DNA of 30,118 nt from Candidatus Nanohaloarchaea archaeon (GCA_041639695.1 JBEQBQ010000014.1:1-30118), one strand, 5' to 3'; positions 16,700 through 29,196 are shown, counted from the first letter of the stretch. The notes: a model not told the origin generated them from the sequence alone. Numbers and translations are program-made.

Positions 16700-17851
16700 A
16701 TGGGTCTCGGCTTCTTTGGATCCGGCGACACCGAAGAGAAATCGGTCGGAGATGTAATAGAAGAGAACAAGGACAAAGTTGAAGAAGAACTGAAGGACCC
16801 GGACGACCAGTGGTCCCCCTCTGAAGAACAATCTGATTCTGATGTAACCGATTCAAAAACCAATCTTGAAGCCGAGGTGCAGAAACTGTCCTCCAAAGTA
16901 GAGATGTTACAGGAAAGACAGGAAGGAAATACGGAACGCTTCCAGAACCTTTCCGAACGCATAGGTTCTATGCAGGAATCGATCAAAGAGAACGAAAAAG
17001 AATTGTCAAAAGCAAGCTCGAAAGCAGATAAGGCAGAACAGATAGTTGAAGACTTAGAGCCGGAGAAGCTAGAAGCCGAACTGGAGAAGAAAGATGCTAA
17101 GATAGAAGAAGCCGAGCAGAAAGTCAGCCAGTCGATGGACCAGATTGAGGAGCTGAGAAACCAGCTACAGGACATGAGGCAGAAAGTTAGAGAGTTCCAG
17201 GGCGTAGACCGTTTCAAGGAGATGAAAGAAGAGGTTGAGAAAGATCTCGAGACCTCGAAACAGCTTCAAGAAAAGATGGATATGCACGCCAACAAGGTCG
17301 AGGACATGTTCCTCGAGGTCGAAGAAAAGTATTCAAGCGTCGAAGAATTAAGAGATCAGGTCCAAGAGCTTGAAGGATCTTTTCAGGATATCAGGAAAAG
17401 ATTTGACGATGTACAAGTAGAGGTAGAAGACTTACCGGACAACAAAGACTTTGAAGAGCTTGACAGAGAGCTAAAAGATCGGCTTGAGAGAGCGGACGAA
17501 ATTTTGCCGGCGATTGAAGCCGCCTTCGACGAACTGGCAGAAGAGGAAGGCGCAGATCCTAGAGAGAAGTTCAGAGAGTTAGGCGAAAAACTGAGTGAAG
17601 CAGAACAAATATTCGAGCGTGTAGATCAACTTTCCGCGGGCCTAAAAGATCTGTCCGAGGAAAAAGTTGAGGTAGACGAGTTAAGAAACGATGTTAACAC
17701 AATCGCGGAAAACATGTCACAGCTTGAAAGAGCTGTTGGGAACGCAGCCGATCAGAGAGAGCTCAGAAAGTTCGAGAAAAATGTTTACCAGGCGCTCGAA
17801 TCTCTTGAAAACATGCTAGAAGAAAAAAGTAAGAAACAACCTACGAGATAA
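16700..17851 (+). CDS. Long coiled-coil protein (383 aa), first gene of the giant-protein operon
   Basis: TTTATAT at about 16670-16676 supports the ATG at 16700 (MGLGFFG...); continuous E/K/L/Q-rich heptads; ends 3 nt before the giant ORF. Confidence 0.85.
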   Translation: MGLGFFGSGDTEEKSVGDVIEENKDKVEEELKDPDDQWSPSEEQSDSDVTDSKTNLEAEVQKLSSKVEMLQERQEGNTERFQNLSERIGSMQESIKENEKELSKASSKADKAEQIVEDLEPEKLEAELEKKDAKIEEAEQKVSQSMDQIEELRNQLQDMRQKVREFQGVDRFKEMKEEVEKDLETSKQLQEKMDMHANKVEDMFLEVEEKYSSVEELRDQVQELEGSFQDIRKRFDDVQVEVEDLPDNKDFEELDRELKDRLERADEILPAIEAAFDELAEEEGADPREKFRELGEKLSEAEQIFERVDQLSAGLKDLSEEKVEVDELRNDVNTIAENMSQLERAVGNAADQRELRKFEKNVYQALESLENMLEEKSKKQPTR

Positions 17852-17854
17852 AAG

Positions 17855-20800
17855 ATGAAAGACCGTATTCTAAAGACAGCGCTACTCCTGACAATAGTTT
17901 GTTTTCTCAGCGGTTCAGCTCTAGGCCAAGAGTTAATTGTTGAAGCCGAAACCACGACCATTTCCGGAGATAAATCATACGATGAAGTCCGAGTGATCAA
18001 CGGCGGAACACTTAGGGTTAGAGACTACGATGGCTCGAACTACGGTAAACTCAACCTGGATACAGAATACCTCTATGTCGACTCTACCTCCACAATCAGT
18101 GCCATCGGAAGCGGATACAGGGGAGGAAGCTCTTACTCGAACGGAGAAGGTCCAGGAGGCGGCGAAGAAGACTCTCAATCAGGTACCGTAGGTGCTGAAA
18201 CAGGAGCTGGAGGCGGAGCTTATGGCGGTGACGGCGGTACCGGAAAGTCCTCTGGGGACAACGGCGGCACCAGCTACGGAAAGATTCTTTACCCTACTAA
18301 GATGGGTAGTGGCGGAGGAGCCTATGAGGATATTGTAGGACGAGACGGCGGAGGAGCTATATCAATAAAAGCCGACTCAATTGATCTGAACGGTTCTATC
18401 TCGGCCTCTGGAAGTACAGAAGGCGGAGCGGGGGGAGGTGCAGGAGGATCAATCAGTATAATCTCGGAAAAGTTTTCAGGATCTGGAACTGTTGAGTCAG
18501 ACGGCTCAAACGGGGGAGGCGCCGGTTACGGGAGCGGAGGAGGGGGAGGAGGACGAATACATATCATAGCAGATCAGTTATCTGATCAGCTGAGCTACTC
18601 GGTAGCAGGCGGAGGTGGATATCAAAGCGGACAAGCAGGATCTCTCAGAACATACCAGATCAATATCACATTACTTGACAGTTCCGGAACTGCGATATCC
18701 GGTTCAAATGTAGAGTTGAGAGGTTCAAGCAACGGCAACACTCTATGTTCAGGTTCTACCGACGCTAACGGAGATTTACAGTGTTCAATGAACCCCAAAG
18801 ATTTCTCAGGAGAGTACGACATCATCGTCGACGGAACAACCTACGTTTCTAACGAAGACAATCCGAGCATGGATATAACCTTAAACAAAGGGTTAAGAGG
18901 TTCCGGAGACCTGAAAGTCAACCTGGAGGACAGGAAGGGAAACAAGCTAAAGCAGAAAAAAGTAACCGTCTACGAATCAGGCACCAATACTGTTGCCTGC
19001 GAGAAAGAGACACACACTGAAGGATTTATTGAATGCGATCTCGATTCAAGCAACAAATACGACGTTGAGATACATGATTCTACACCTACTACGTCGCTTT
19101 CAGGTAGAATCGAATCTGTTTCTCCTGAAGAGATAACCGTGGAGGAAAACACCGATATTGAACTAGTTGACACCTCCGAAAGTCCTGTTTCAAACCAGCA
19201 AGTAGATGTTTACACTTCGAACAACAATCTTGCCTGCCAAGGTACGACAAACTCTACAGGTCATGTAACCTGTCTTCTACAGGAAGAAAGGCACAGACTG
19301 GAGGTCTCAAGCTCCAATTATTTTGATGTCTCAAAAGATATCAGAAGACCTGATGACACTGAAATCGAACTAAAAGAAAATCCAGCAAATAACTACGATA
19401 CTGTTTGTGGGCAGCAAGGAGACGTAAACATTCAGAGCGACTGTACGATAAGCGCCGGAACTTACAACGTGGAATCCTTCAGCGTTGCTTCAGGAGCAAC
19501 TGTGAAGATGAAAGGAGACCCCTCACAGGACTCAAGCTCCAGCTACGGCGGAGTTAAAATCAACTCAGTGGAACCTATAGACATAGATGGAACACTTAAC
19601 GCAAACAAAGAAGGCTACGCAGGAGGTTACAGGAAAGGTAACAGCCATGATGACGGCTATGGGCCGGGCGGCGGCTATGCTGGCGACCAACAAGGTAGTG
19701 CTGGAGGATATGGAGGTCAGGGCGGAACCCCCAGCACCTCTATAAACGGAGGTCAGACTTATGGGTCGAAAAGCTCCGCTACCCGATTAGGTAGCGGTGG
19801 TGCAAGAACATATGGTCTCGACTATCAAGGAGGATATGGCGGAGGGGGAATATGGCTTACATCAAACAGCAAGGTAACCATCAGCGGTTCAATTAAAGCT
19901 AACGGCGGGCAGGGAAGTGAAGGTTCAGCGGGCTCAGGCGGATCTATCCGGATCGAAGGCCCCCATATTGAAGGCTCAGGAGATCTAGTAGCTAAAGGAG
20001 CTAAAATTATAGAAGACGGAGCTGATAACACGGGAGGCTCAGGTGGCGGAGGTAGAATTGCAGTGTACTCAAAAGACGGCATAAATCCTTTCAATACAAA
20101 TGTGGACGGGGGAGACGAAACAGATAGCTACGATAATGGCGGAGAAACGGGAACTGTATATACTGGCTCAACAGGAAACTACCTAGATATCACTCTGAAT
20201 GGTGACCCCGGAGATATCAGAGTCTACCGAGAAGGCAAATATCTAGATGGATATCCTGACTCTAAGAAACTGTGCGAAATAAGTTTATCGGCCGGTGAAA
20301 CCGGAAGCTGTAGCGTTTCAGGAACTGTTGATATATACACAAATGCCTGGAACGGAAAATGGAAGAAGGTGAAGGATAGTGTATCAGCAACCGGATCCTA
20401 CACCTTAGAAAACAACTTTGATGTAAAGCTTGTTGACTCGGCCTCAAACCCCATAGTTGAAGATGTATTTGTTCGAGAATCTGAATCCGGAAATCTTGTC
20501 TGTGCAGGCGAAACAAGTTCCGGTAATTTAAGCTGCTCACTGGACAGTTCGAAGACGTACGATATCTCAGTCGAGAACCCTAATTGGAGGACCCAATTAG
20601 GCGTGCAGGCTCCAGGAGGAACCACGATAACGAACTACGATAACCTCAACGTTCTCCTATCCGAGGAGCGAGCAGCCCTCAACAGATACCCGGCAGATCT
20701 GAAGGTAGATGTATACAAGACAGACGGAGGTGAAAAAGTCTGCAGCGGGGTTTCGAACTCAATAGGACGTATCTCATGTAGCCTTCCTTCTGCTGATCTT

Positions 20801-23800
20801 TACGATATAGCTATATCCTCCTACAATATCTCGGAGGACGAAGAGTCCTTCAGACCTTACTCAGTTATCAAGGAAGGCGTTGCACTTCCGACATCTAGAG
20901 ATTTCAAGGTTAAGAACTTTCTTCTTCAGAAGAAGGTAATCGGCCCTACTGACTCGGCTGAAGCAGAGGCAAACCTAAACTTGGACATCAAGAACAAAGA
21001 AAATCTGGCCTGTCAGGGAGCGACCGATGATTCGGGTATGCTCTTCTGCATGCTGGACGATGATAGAAGCTACAACATCAGTTCTTCCTCAGGTATAGAA
21101 AGAAATTACGTACCTGTCCCTGAATCCGGTATGCTCCAGTACTCCTCTCTGAACGAGAAGCTGGATGTTCAAATCGTTGACACTGATGGAGATAGACACG
21201 AAGGAATAGACTTCGTTCTCGAGAAGTGGAGCGGCACCGATGCCTGCTACGGGTCCACAGATGGTACGGGCAAAGTGAGCTGTGGGTTGTTCCCTAACGC
21301 CAACTACACATTAAAACTGGGCGAAAGCACTGCTAAGACAGGTTTAGATACAGGTCAAAGCTACACTCTTGAGAGACACTTTGCTCACGAACTCAACACA
21401 ACGGCAGTAAGCTCAACCGAAGCTCTTCAGATCAGCGGATCAGTCGGCTACGGAGATAAGATAGATCTTGATAACGAAAAGATCAGCGTCTACCTCGACG
21501 GAAACAAAATCGGAACTACAACGACTAACGGTAAAGGAGACTACTCCTACAGCCTCAACCCCTCAAACCCTGGAACTCATACTATAACTCTTAATTACAC
21601 CGACCGTTACGGAGCTTTTGATGAAAGAAAGGCCACGTTCGCCGTAATCGATGAACAGAACGGCATTCACGAGATAAATCTAACTCTTGAGGACGGGAAT
21701 CAGAAGGTCTCGACGAAGGTCTGGACGAACAGCGAGACTGGTTACTCCGATTCGAACGGACGGATGGCGTTTGGGCTGGATAACTCTTCGACCTACAGCC
21801 TTTACTCCTCACTTCAGAACGTTTCTGGTATCAGACCTCCCGATTCGGTGACCCTTTCGCCCTACATCAGAGTGAGGATGTTGTCGGAGAATGGAAATCC
21901 TGCGGAAGGAGAACAAATAGTGGTCACGGAGCTAAACTCCCAAACAAATGAGGTATGTACCCCTCTTACCGACTCGCAGGGTGTAGCAGAGTGCAAGATA
22001 GATTCGAAGCAGGGATACGATGTCTACCACGAGAACAGTCAGGGCGATGTTTTAATTGCTAAAGGTAGATCGCCTTTGACCATAACAACCGTGAACGATA
22101 CTAACTACCGTTCGAACATGAAGTTCAGCTTCTACACTAAATCTAATGATTATGCAGTAAACAAGGACTTCAGATACTATTCTTCAACAGGTGAACAGCT
22201 CTGCAGAGGTAAAACAACGAAGGACGGACGCCTCGGATGTGTTCTTCCTTCCTCTGACGGCCCCTACAAGATCGGCACAGATGCCTATACCGGAAGAATA
22301 CAGAACATCAGAACAAATGTAAACTGGTACTCGATAGACTCTCAAAGCACCTACCCAGGTCTCAGCCCTAACTTCGTAGTACGCACACTGAACGTCGATG
22401 GTTCAAGTGCCATAGGAGAGAACACACAAATCTACAACGCCGACAGCTCGACCCGGAAATGTGAAGGACCTACCAACTCCACCGGCTTCCTAGTATGTGC
22501 TGTGGAAAACGGAGCTGAGTACGATATCAAGACCGGTTCGGACGTCGAGAGATACAAGGTTCTGGCCCCTGAAAGAACCGTAGTTCAGGCAGGGAACCAG
22601 TTCAACAACGAGATGCTCAACATCACCCTGAAAGGACCTGACGAAGGCCTGCTTAACAGCACCCCTGTCAGGATAATGAACAACAGGAACGGCCAGCTCG
22701 CATGTGAGGGGGAGACGAACTCCGAAGGAAAGATAATGTGCGGCCTCAACCTAAACGATAACTACAACATCTTCTCCGAAGGCCAGACCCTTCTACAGGA
22801 CGTCGAGGTACCTAACTCCCTTGTGCTGGGAAGAAACCTTGAAGCCAAGCTCGTGAACCCTGAAGGAAACCCTGTGATCGATACGGAGATTCGGGCTTAC
22901 GAGGCCGGTTCCGGCAGTATCGCATGCCAGGGCAAGACCAACGATCAAGGAATCCTAAGATGTGGTCTGGAGGAAGGAGCAGTCTACAACCTGAAAACCG
23001 CGGAAGGACTCGAACGCTTCAACGTCGAGCTCCCAGAGGAAACCACTTTACAGCACTCTGACAGCAACAGAATGCTTAACCTGACCGTGCTGAACGCAAC
23101 AGGTCACGAGGTCGGTGAAGGAAAGAGACTCTCAATCCGGAACTCGGATGAAGCGGTGATGTGCAGCGGAGAGACAGGACCTCAGAGCATGATAAGATGT
23201 GGTCTAGACTCTTCGAAGAGCTACCAGATCGCAACAAGTATCTACTCCACAGAAAAACAGGTAGTCCGAGCCGGACTTTCCACACCAGACGTGATCGATC
23301 TCCAGCCTAACACCGAGGTAAGACTTCTCAACTTTACAGGAGCTCCCGCAGAGAACACCTCTGTAAGTATCAGGGAAAACGTTACCGGGAATAGGGCTTG
23401 CTACGGAAAGCTCTCCTCAGGCAACCTCACATGTGCACTAGAGGAAGGAAAGCAGTACAGGGCAACAGGATACACCGGACAGGTCGACTCCGGCTATACT
23501 ACAGTGTTCAAACCCGGAAACCTATTGCTTGAAACTCTGAGGATCGAAAGCTTCTCTTCAGGAGTCGAAAGTGACAGAAACTACACAGTCCGATCAGATC
23601 ACAAAGTATGTGAAGGTGCTTCAGGGGAGGACGGGCTTCTATACTGCAGCGTGATATCAGGCGAAACATATGACATCAAGAATAGTTTCCTCAACGTCAC
23701 AGGAATCCTTCCAAACCGTTCAATCAGGCTGGGCGACGGAGCAGCCAACCTGAAGCTTACAGCTTTCAGCGAAGTGCGTAACTTCGGTATAACCGATGGA

Positions 23801-26800
23801 AACTTCAGCTTCCCAGTCCAAGTCGAAAACACCGGAAGCTACGCTTACAACCCTGTGATTGAGGCTAAAGCGACCGAATCAGGCTGGAAAGGATACAGCT
23901 CAGAGATCAGAAGCGTTGCACCAGGTGAAAAGGTTAACTTCACCGTAGACGTGTACGTTCCGGATGGTGCTTCCGGTACACATAACGTTGACATAGACTT
24001 CAACTGGACGGATCCTGACGGAACTGAACACATGCTAGAAGACCCTGGCAGTATCAGAGTAGTCAGCACCGGAAGGCTTGAATCAGATTCAAGCATAGAT
24101 GCTACGGTCGAAGAAGGTTCGGACTTCGTGGAGATCGGTGATATCAACATCTCAAACATCGGTAACGCGCCGGCCTCCGCCAACTACACCGTTACAGGAT
24201 TGAACTGGTCATTCGGCTTCGATCCGTTCCCACCTACAGACATACCCATAGGAGAATCCAGAAACGTGACCGTGTTCGTCCAAGTACCAGAGAACACTCT
24301 TGCAGGAACATATGAAACCAAGATAGATCTTATCGAGGAAGGTAGAAAGGATGATGAAGTAAATCTATCCATAAACGTCCCAGAATCAAGGGAGTACACC
24401 CGAACACCTACTGACTTCGGCTCATTAGAAGCACCGATCGGTTCAGAGGAGAAGATCGACGATCTCGAAGTAGTGAACGCCGGTAACCAGAACCTGTCCT
24501 TCACCTTAAACAAGGAGGGAGAGAACCCGAGCTGGATCGAGAGAGGTCCTAACGATGACCAAGTGACATTCACTCTTTCCCCCGGCGGAAACAAGACGGT
24601 GCCCGTGAGGTACGATGTTCCTCCAACAGGTTCAGGAGGCGAGTACAACTACAACCTCACACTTGACTGTTCCGGATGTCAGGAAAAGAAGGCCTCCCTA
24701 ACCCTAGATGTCGTCGATGTGCCACCGACAATCGAATCATACAACTACGGTCCAAAGTACCTAGAGCCAGGAGAAACGATCAACTGGACGGTCGATCCTG
24801 ACGACAACGACGAAGTTAACTCCACTTGGATCGACATAATCGGCGGACAGAACATTACTGCTAATGAAACAACCGACTTCGGCTCGCAGGAGACCATCTA
24901 CGAAGCTGGATACACGCCGGAAGTAGAGGAGGGCCGGTTCGAGTTCCGGATATACGTAAACGACTCAGCAGGCCTCAAGACAAGAACAGACATCCTTGAG
25001 TTCGAGGTGGTTCCATCCACAACTATAGATACAGAGCTGAACCAGACGGTTTTCCAACTAAAGAACGTAAACGCCTTCTCGGGCGAATCCAAGAGGTTCA
25101 TCGCCGAGTTCTCGAACACCGGATCACAGACAGCGAACTCGGCCAGCTTCAGCCTGGAGAACCTCGGAACAGGGTGGAGCACCACTACCAATAGCACAAG
25201 CCTTGGAAGCTTTGATCTCGACGAAACTAAGTACAGAGAGGTAGAACTAACCGTTCCAGCAGGAACATCGCCAGGCACATACCTTCCAACAATCAACACC
25301 AACTGGGAGAACGCCGATGAAACCTCAGAGAACACCATCAGAAACTTCAAAGTCGAAGTACTAGAGAACGCCGACATGGAGGCGGAGAGCGCCAAGACAG
25401 TTGAACTTAATGATGGAAGCTCAACAAGCACACAGATAGAGATCGAATCAGTCGGCAACAAGGATATACAAAACCTTGAAGCCAGCTGTATCTCAAGCGA
25501 GGCATGTAACGAGCTAAACTTCGGTTATGAGACGCCAGATACAATCAAATCCGGTAATAAAGGTCTTGTAAACGTAACAGTTTCAGCCCCCGAAGGTTCT
25601 CCCGACAGGGTCTACACACCGGCAATAGAGTTTAACTCGGACGAGGCAACAGCAGAGACAGATCTATCGGCCACAGTAAGGAAGAACCTCAACCTGACGC
25701 TATCCCCGAAGAACTACACGGTCGGCGCAGGACCGAACACAGAGCTTACTCTCGACGACCTGATAATCGAAAACACCGGCAACCAGGAGCTGGAGGTAGG
25801 ATTCCCGACCACCAGCACAATCTCGTTCTCACCCTCCGAAGCCCAGTTGGATATCTCCGAGTCTGGAAGCTTCACTCCCGTAATCAGTACTAACAGCTCC
25901 GCAGGCAACTACACCCTGAACCTAACGGTCTCAGGCTATGACCAGGAAACGTTCGAGAGGGAGTCCAGAAATCTCAAGATCAACCTGACAGTTTACGACT
26001 ACAAAGCATACCTTGAGTCAGGAGGCGCCAATAACGTTGAAGCAGGCGAAACACTGGATATCCAGGCTTCAGCCGGGTTCAGAGGCTCCCCCGTAACCTC
26101 AGGCCTCAAATGGAACATCTACATAGGCGGGAAGAAAGCAAATGTCGAATCAGAGTCCTACGATACGAACTGGAATATAGCGGCCGAGGCACCACAGCTT
26201 AAGGACGGAAAAGTATACGACATGAAGATCGAAGCCGAGTACCCAGATATCGGAGCCTCAACCACTCAGACAACACAAGACCACGTAAGCTACACTGATC
26301 TTTCGCCTCCGGTATTCGAGAGCGTTTCTGCCTCCGACTCCGGAAGCAGCACTTCCTCAACGCTTTCAGCTGACGTCTCAGATATCGGTTCAGTGGAGGA
26401 TGTAAGGTCGGTCAACGCAACAGTCCTCACGCCTGAGGGAACCAACTTCACGGAGGAGCTGGAGTACAGCGGAGGCTCATGGACCGGAGACGTCAACTTC
26501 GAAAACGAGGGTTATTACGATGTCTGGTTCAGGGCTGAAGATACAGCAGGAAACATTAATACGACAAAGACCTTCTTCCAGGTCTACGAGCTCAAACAGG
26601 TATCAGGAAACATAAATGATCCTTCCGGGAACGGGGTCGAGGTCGATATGGATCTGAAGCGTCCAGGTTCATCCTCAGTAGTGGATAGGATCTCGGCACC
26701 GGAGGGAAGCTATGACCAACAGGTAAGATCGGGAAGGTACGATGTAAGCTTCGATATCAACAACTCAAAACGGGTGATCGAGCTTCAGGACGTGAACAAC

Positions 26801-29196
26801 TCGGAGCTTGAGGACCCTATGGAGATAGACCCGGATATCAAGCCATCCTACGTCAGCATAGATCCGGTAGCTGATGAGAACGAGCTTTCCGGATTCGCGG
26901 TAAGGACCTCAAAGCTTCAGAACAAACAGGGTTCGGTCTCCATAGACTACTCAGAGTTCGAGAACGAGCTAGGTAACGTCAACGACCTTGAAATATACAG
27001 GTGCGGCGACTGGTCGTTCGAGAACAAGGCGGACGGCTGTAACTCGAACTGGACCAAGCAGGCAACAGGTGTGAACGCAGATACTATGATGGCGACAGCC
27101 GAGATAGACTCATTCTCCGCCTATTATATGACCGAGGACACCGGAGAGACATCAGATGGAAGCGATAGCGGTAACTCATCCGACGGATCAGGTGATGGTT
27201 CGGGCGACGGTTCAGGTACCGGTTCCGGCTCTGGCGGAGGTGGAGGCGGAGGAGGAGGTGGAAGCTTCGATGGAGGTATAGATGAGGACGAGTTCCAGGA
27301 AGGAATCCAAGACCTACTTGACGCACTCCAAGACAATAGAACCAGTTCACTTCTACAGTTCGGAAGCCAGAGTATCGAAGCCTCGATCAAACCCGGAGAA
27401 GAACAGACAGCAGTTGTATCAATAAGCAACTCGGTCAACGTATCCCAGAACCTCGAAGTTTTCATGAGCGATAACATAAGACAGTTCCTGGAGACCGACA
27501 GAAGCTTTACGATAGAAGGCGGTGAAAGAAAAGACCTCTCCGTGCTTATATCTGCCTCTCAATCTGCTGAGCCTAACTCATACTCAGGTTACCTAGAAAT
27601 CACGGGCGAAGCCGTGGACAAGCAGCTACCTGTCAATATCCAGATCGTTCCACAGGACAAGAAACTGCTCGATCTTACGGTCAACCCTGTGCTTGATACT
27701 GTTAGACCGGGAGATGATCTAAGGGTTGAAACCTCGCTTTCAAACCAGGGATACAGTGAAAACGTAGATGTCGATGTAACGCTCGAACTTGTCGACACGG
27801 AGACACTGGAAACTGTTGCAAGAACTTCAAAGACTGTTGCAGTATCTACAACTCTCGACAAGGTATTCACGCTTAACGTTCCGGAAGGCACCAAGTTAGG
27901 AACCTATGAGATACAGGCCTCGGCCAACTACTCGAACAAAGAGGTTCCTTTCCAGGCACAGGCAATCAAAACCGTGAACATAGATATTCCTTTCTGGGAG
28001 AGAACACTGCTCGGAATAACCTACTCAACAATTGGACAAGGTACAGGAATGCTTGTCTTCCTCTCAATACTGGGATACACAGGATTCATCTACATAAGAA
28101 AGAAGGAGCTGGAGAAGCAGCGTTACGAGGAGAAACTAGATATAGAGACTCTGCCTTCCGGCGGTTCAAGACAGGCGTTCCTCGGAAAGCTGGCTGAAAG
28201 AGGTTCCCGTTCGTTCCTCGAGCTGGAAGAGATGACCACTCACGCCTTAATCGCTGGTGCAACCGGCTCCGGTAAGACAGTAACAGGACAGGTAATGGTC
28301 GAAGAAGCCCTCAAGGAAGGAACCAACGTAATCGTATTAGACCCAACCGCTCAGTGGTCCGGCTTCCTCAGAGAATGCGACGACAAAGAGATGCTCTCAA
28401 AGTACGATGACTTCGGGATGTCGAAAAGCCAGAGAACCGGGTTTGACGGAAATATTAGAGCTATCGAACCCGGCGAAGAGATCGATATCAAGCCTTACCT
28501 CCAGCAGGACGATGATGGACAGATTATAGTGTTCTCGCTGCACAAACTGGACTCCAAGAACATCGACGAATTTGTGGATAAAACAATACAGCAAGTGTTT
28601 GATGCAAATCTGCCGGAAAGCAACGAGCTAGATACCGTAATCGTCTATGACGAGGTCCACAGACTGCTGGAGAAGTTCGGTGGTTCAGGAGAAGGATTGA
28701 AACAGCTTGAGAGAGGAGCAAGAGAATTCAGAAAATGGGGGGTCGGAATGGTACTGCTCTCACAAGTCATAAGCGACTTCAGCGGTGAAATCAGAGCCAA
28801 CATCGGAACAACGGTACAGATGCGTACACAGTACGAAAATGACCTAGATAGAATCCAGAACAAGTTCGGTATGGACACAGTCAAGTCTATTGTCAAGGCA
28901 AATATTGTTCCGGTATGCTACAGAACTCGGAGTACAACCGTGGACGGCCATACTTCGTTAACTTCAGACCTCTACTACACAGCCCTCACAGATTAAGTGA
29001 TGAGAAGCTAGAGAAGTACGAGGAGTACAACAAGAAGATCAGCAAGCTCGAGGACAGGATTGAGGAGCTGGAAGAGCATGATGAGGATGTGTTCGACTTG
29101 AGAAGCGAGCTACGGTTAGCGAAGAAGAACCTGCGTAAAGGCTCATTCAACCTTGTTGAGATCTATGTTGAAGAAGTGAAAGAGAAGATGAAGTAG
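17855..29196 (+). CDS. Giant secreted single-pass surface protein with cytoplasmic HerA/FtsK/VirB4-like (DUF87-type) ATPase; about 3780 aa once the frameshift near 28907 is corrected
   Basis: Signal peptide MKDRILKTALLLTIVCFLSGSALG; Gly-rich and Cys repeats; Ig-like domains; TM MLVFLSILGYTGFIYI-RKK (28049-28105); HALIAGATGSGKT, VIVLDP, IVYDEVHRL, REFRKWG, LLSQ. The domain continues in another frame to 29196. Confidence 0.9.
18655..23735 (+). repeat. Array of ~75-90-aa prealbumin/carboxypeptidase-regulatory-like repeats with C-x10/11-C
   Basis: 16 copies of C-x-G-x-T-xxx-G-xxx-C-x-L-xxxxx-Y (one degenerate) plus one Cys-less copy, counted by eye. Confidence 0.85.
27136..27270 (+). repeat. Gly/Ser/Asp low-complexity linker in the giant protein
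   Basis: SDGSDSGNSSDGSGDGSGDGSGTGSGSGGGGGGGGGGS. Confidence 0.85.

Noticed and set aside
17975-28896. Many antisense ORFs inside the giant gene (similarly within serS, topA, cdc48 and the malic enzyme)
   Set aside because: Ser/Phe/Pro-rich shadows of acidic sense-strand codons, with no motifs or start signals.
28915-29196. Independent 93-aa gene
   Set aside because: It overlaps the giant ORF by 82 nt and continues the ATPase fold; better explained as the frameshifted C-terminus.
28180-29196. Canonical HerA DNA-repair helicase or conjugative element
   Set aside because: No HAS barrel, no nurA/mre11/rad50, and no relaxase, integrase or VirB-like genes; the flanks are housekeeping genes (map, malic enzyme).
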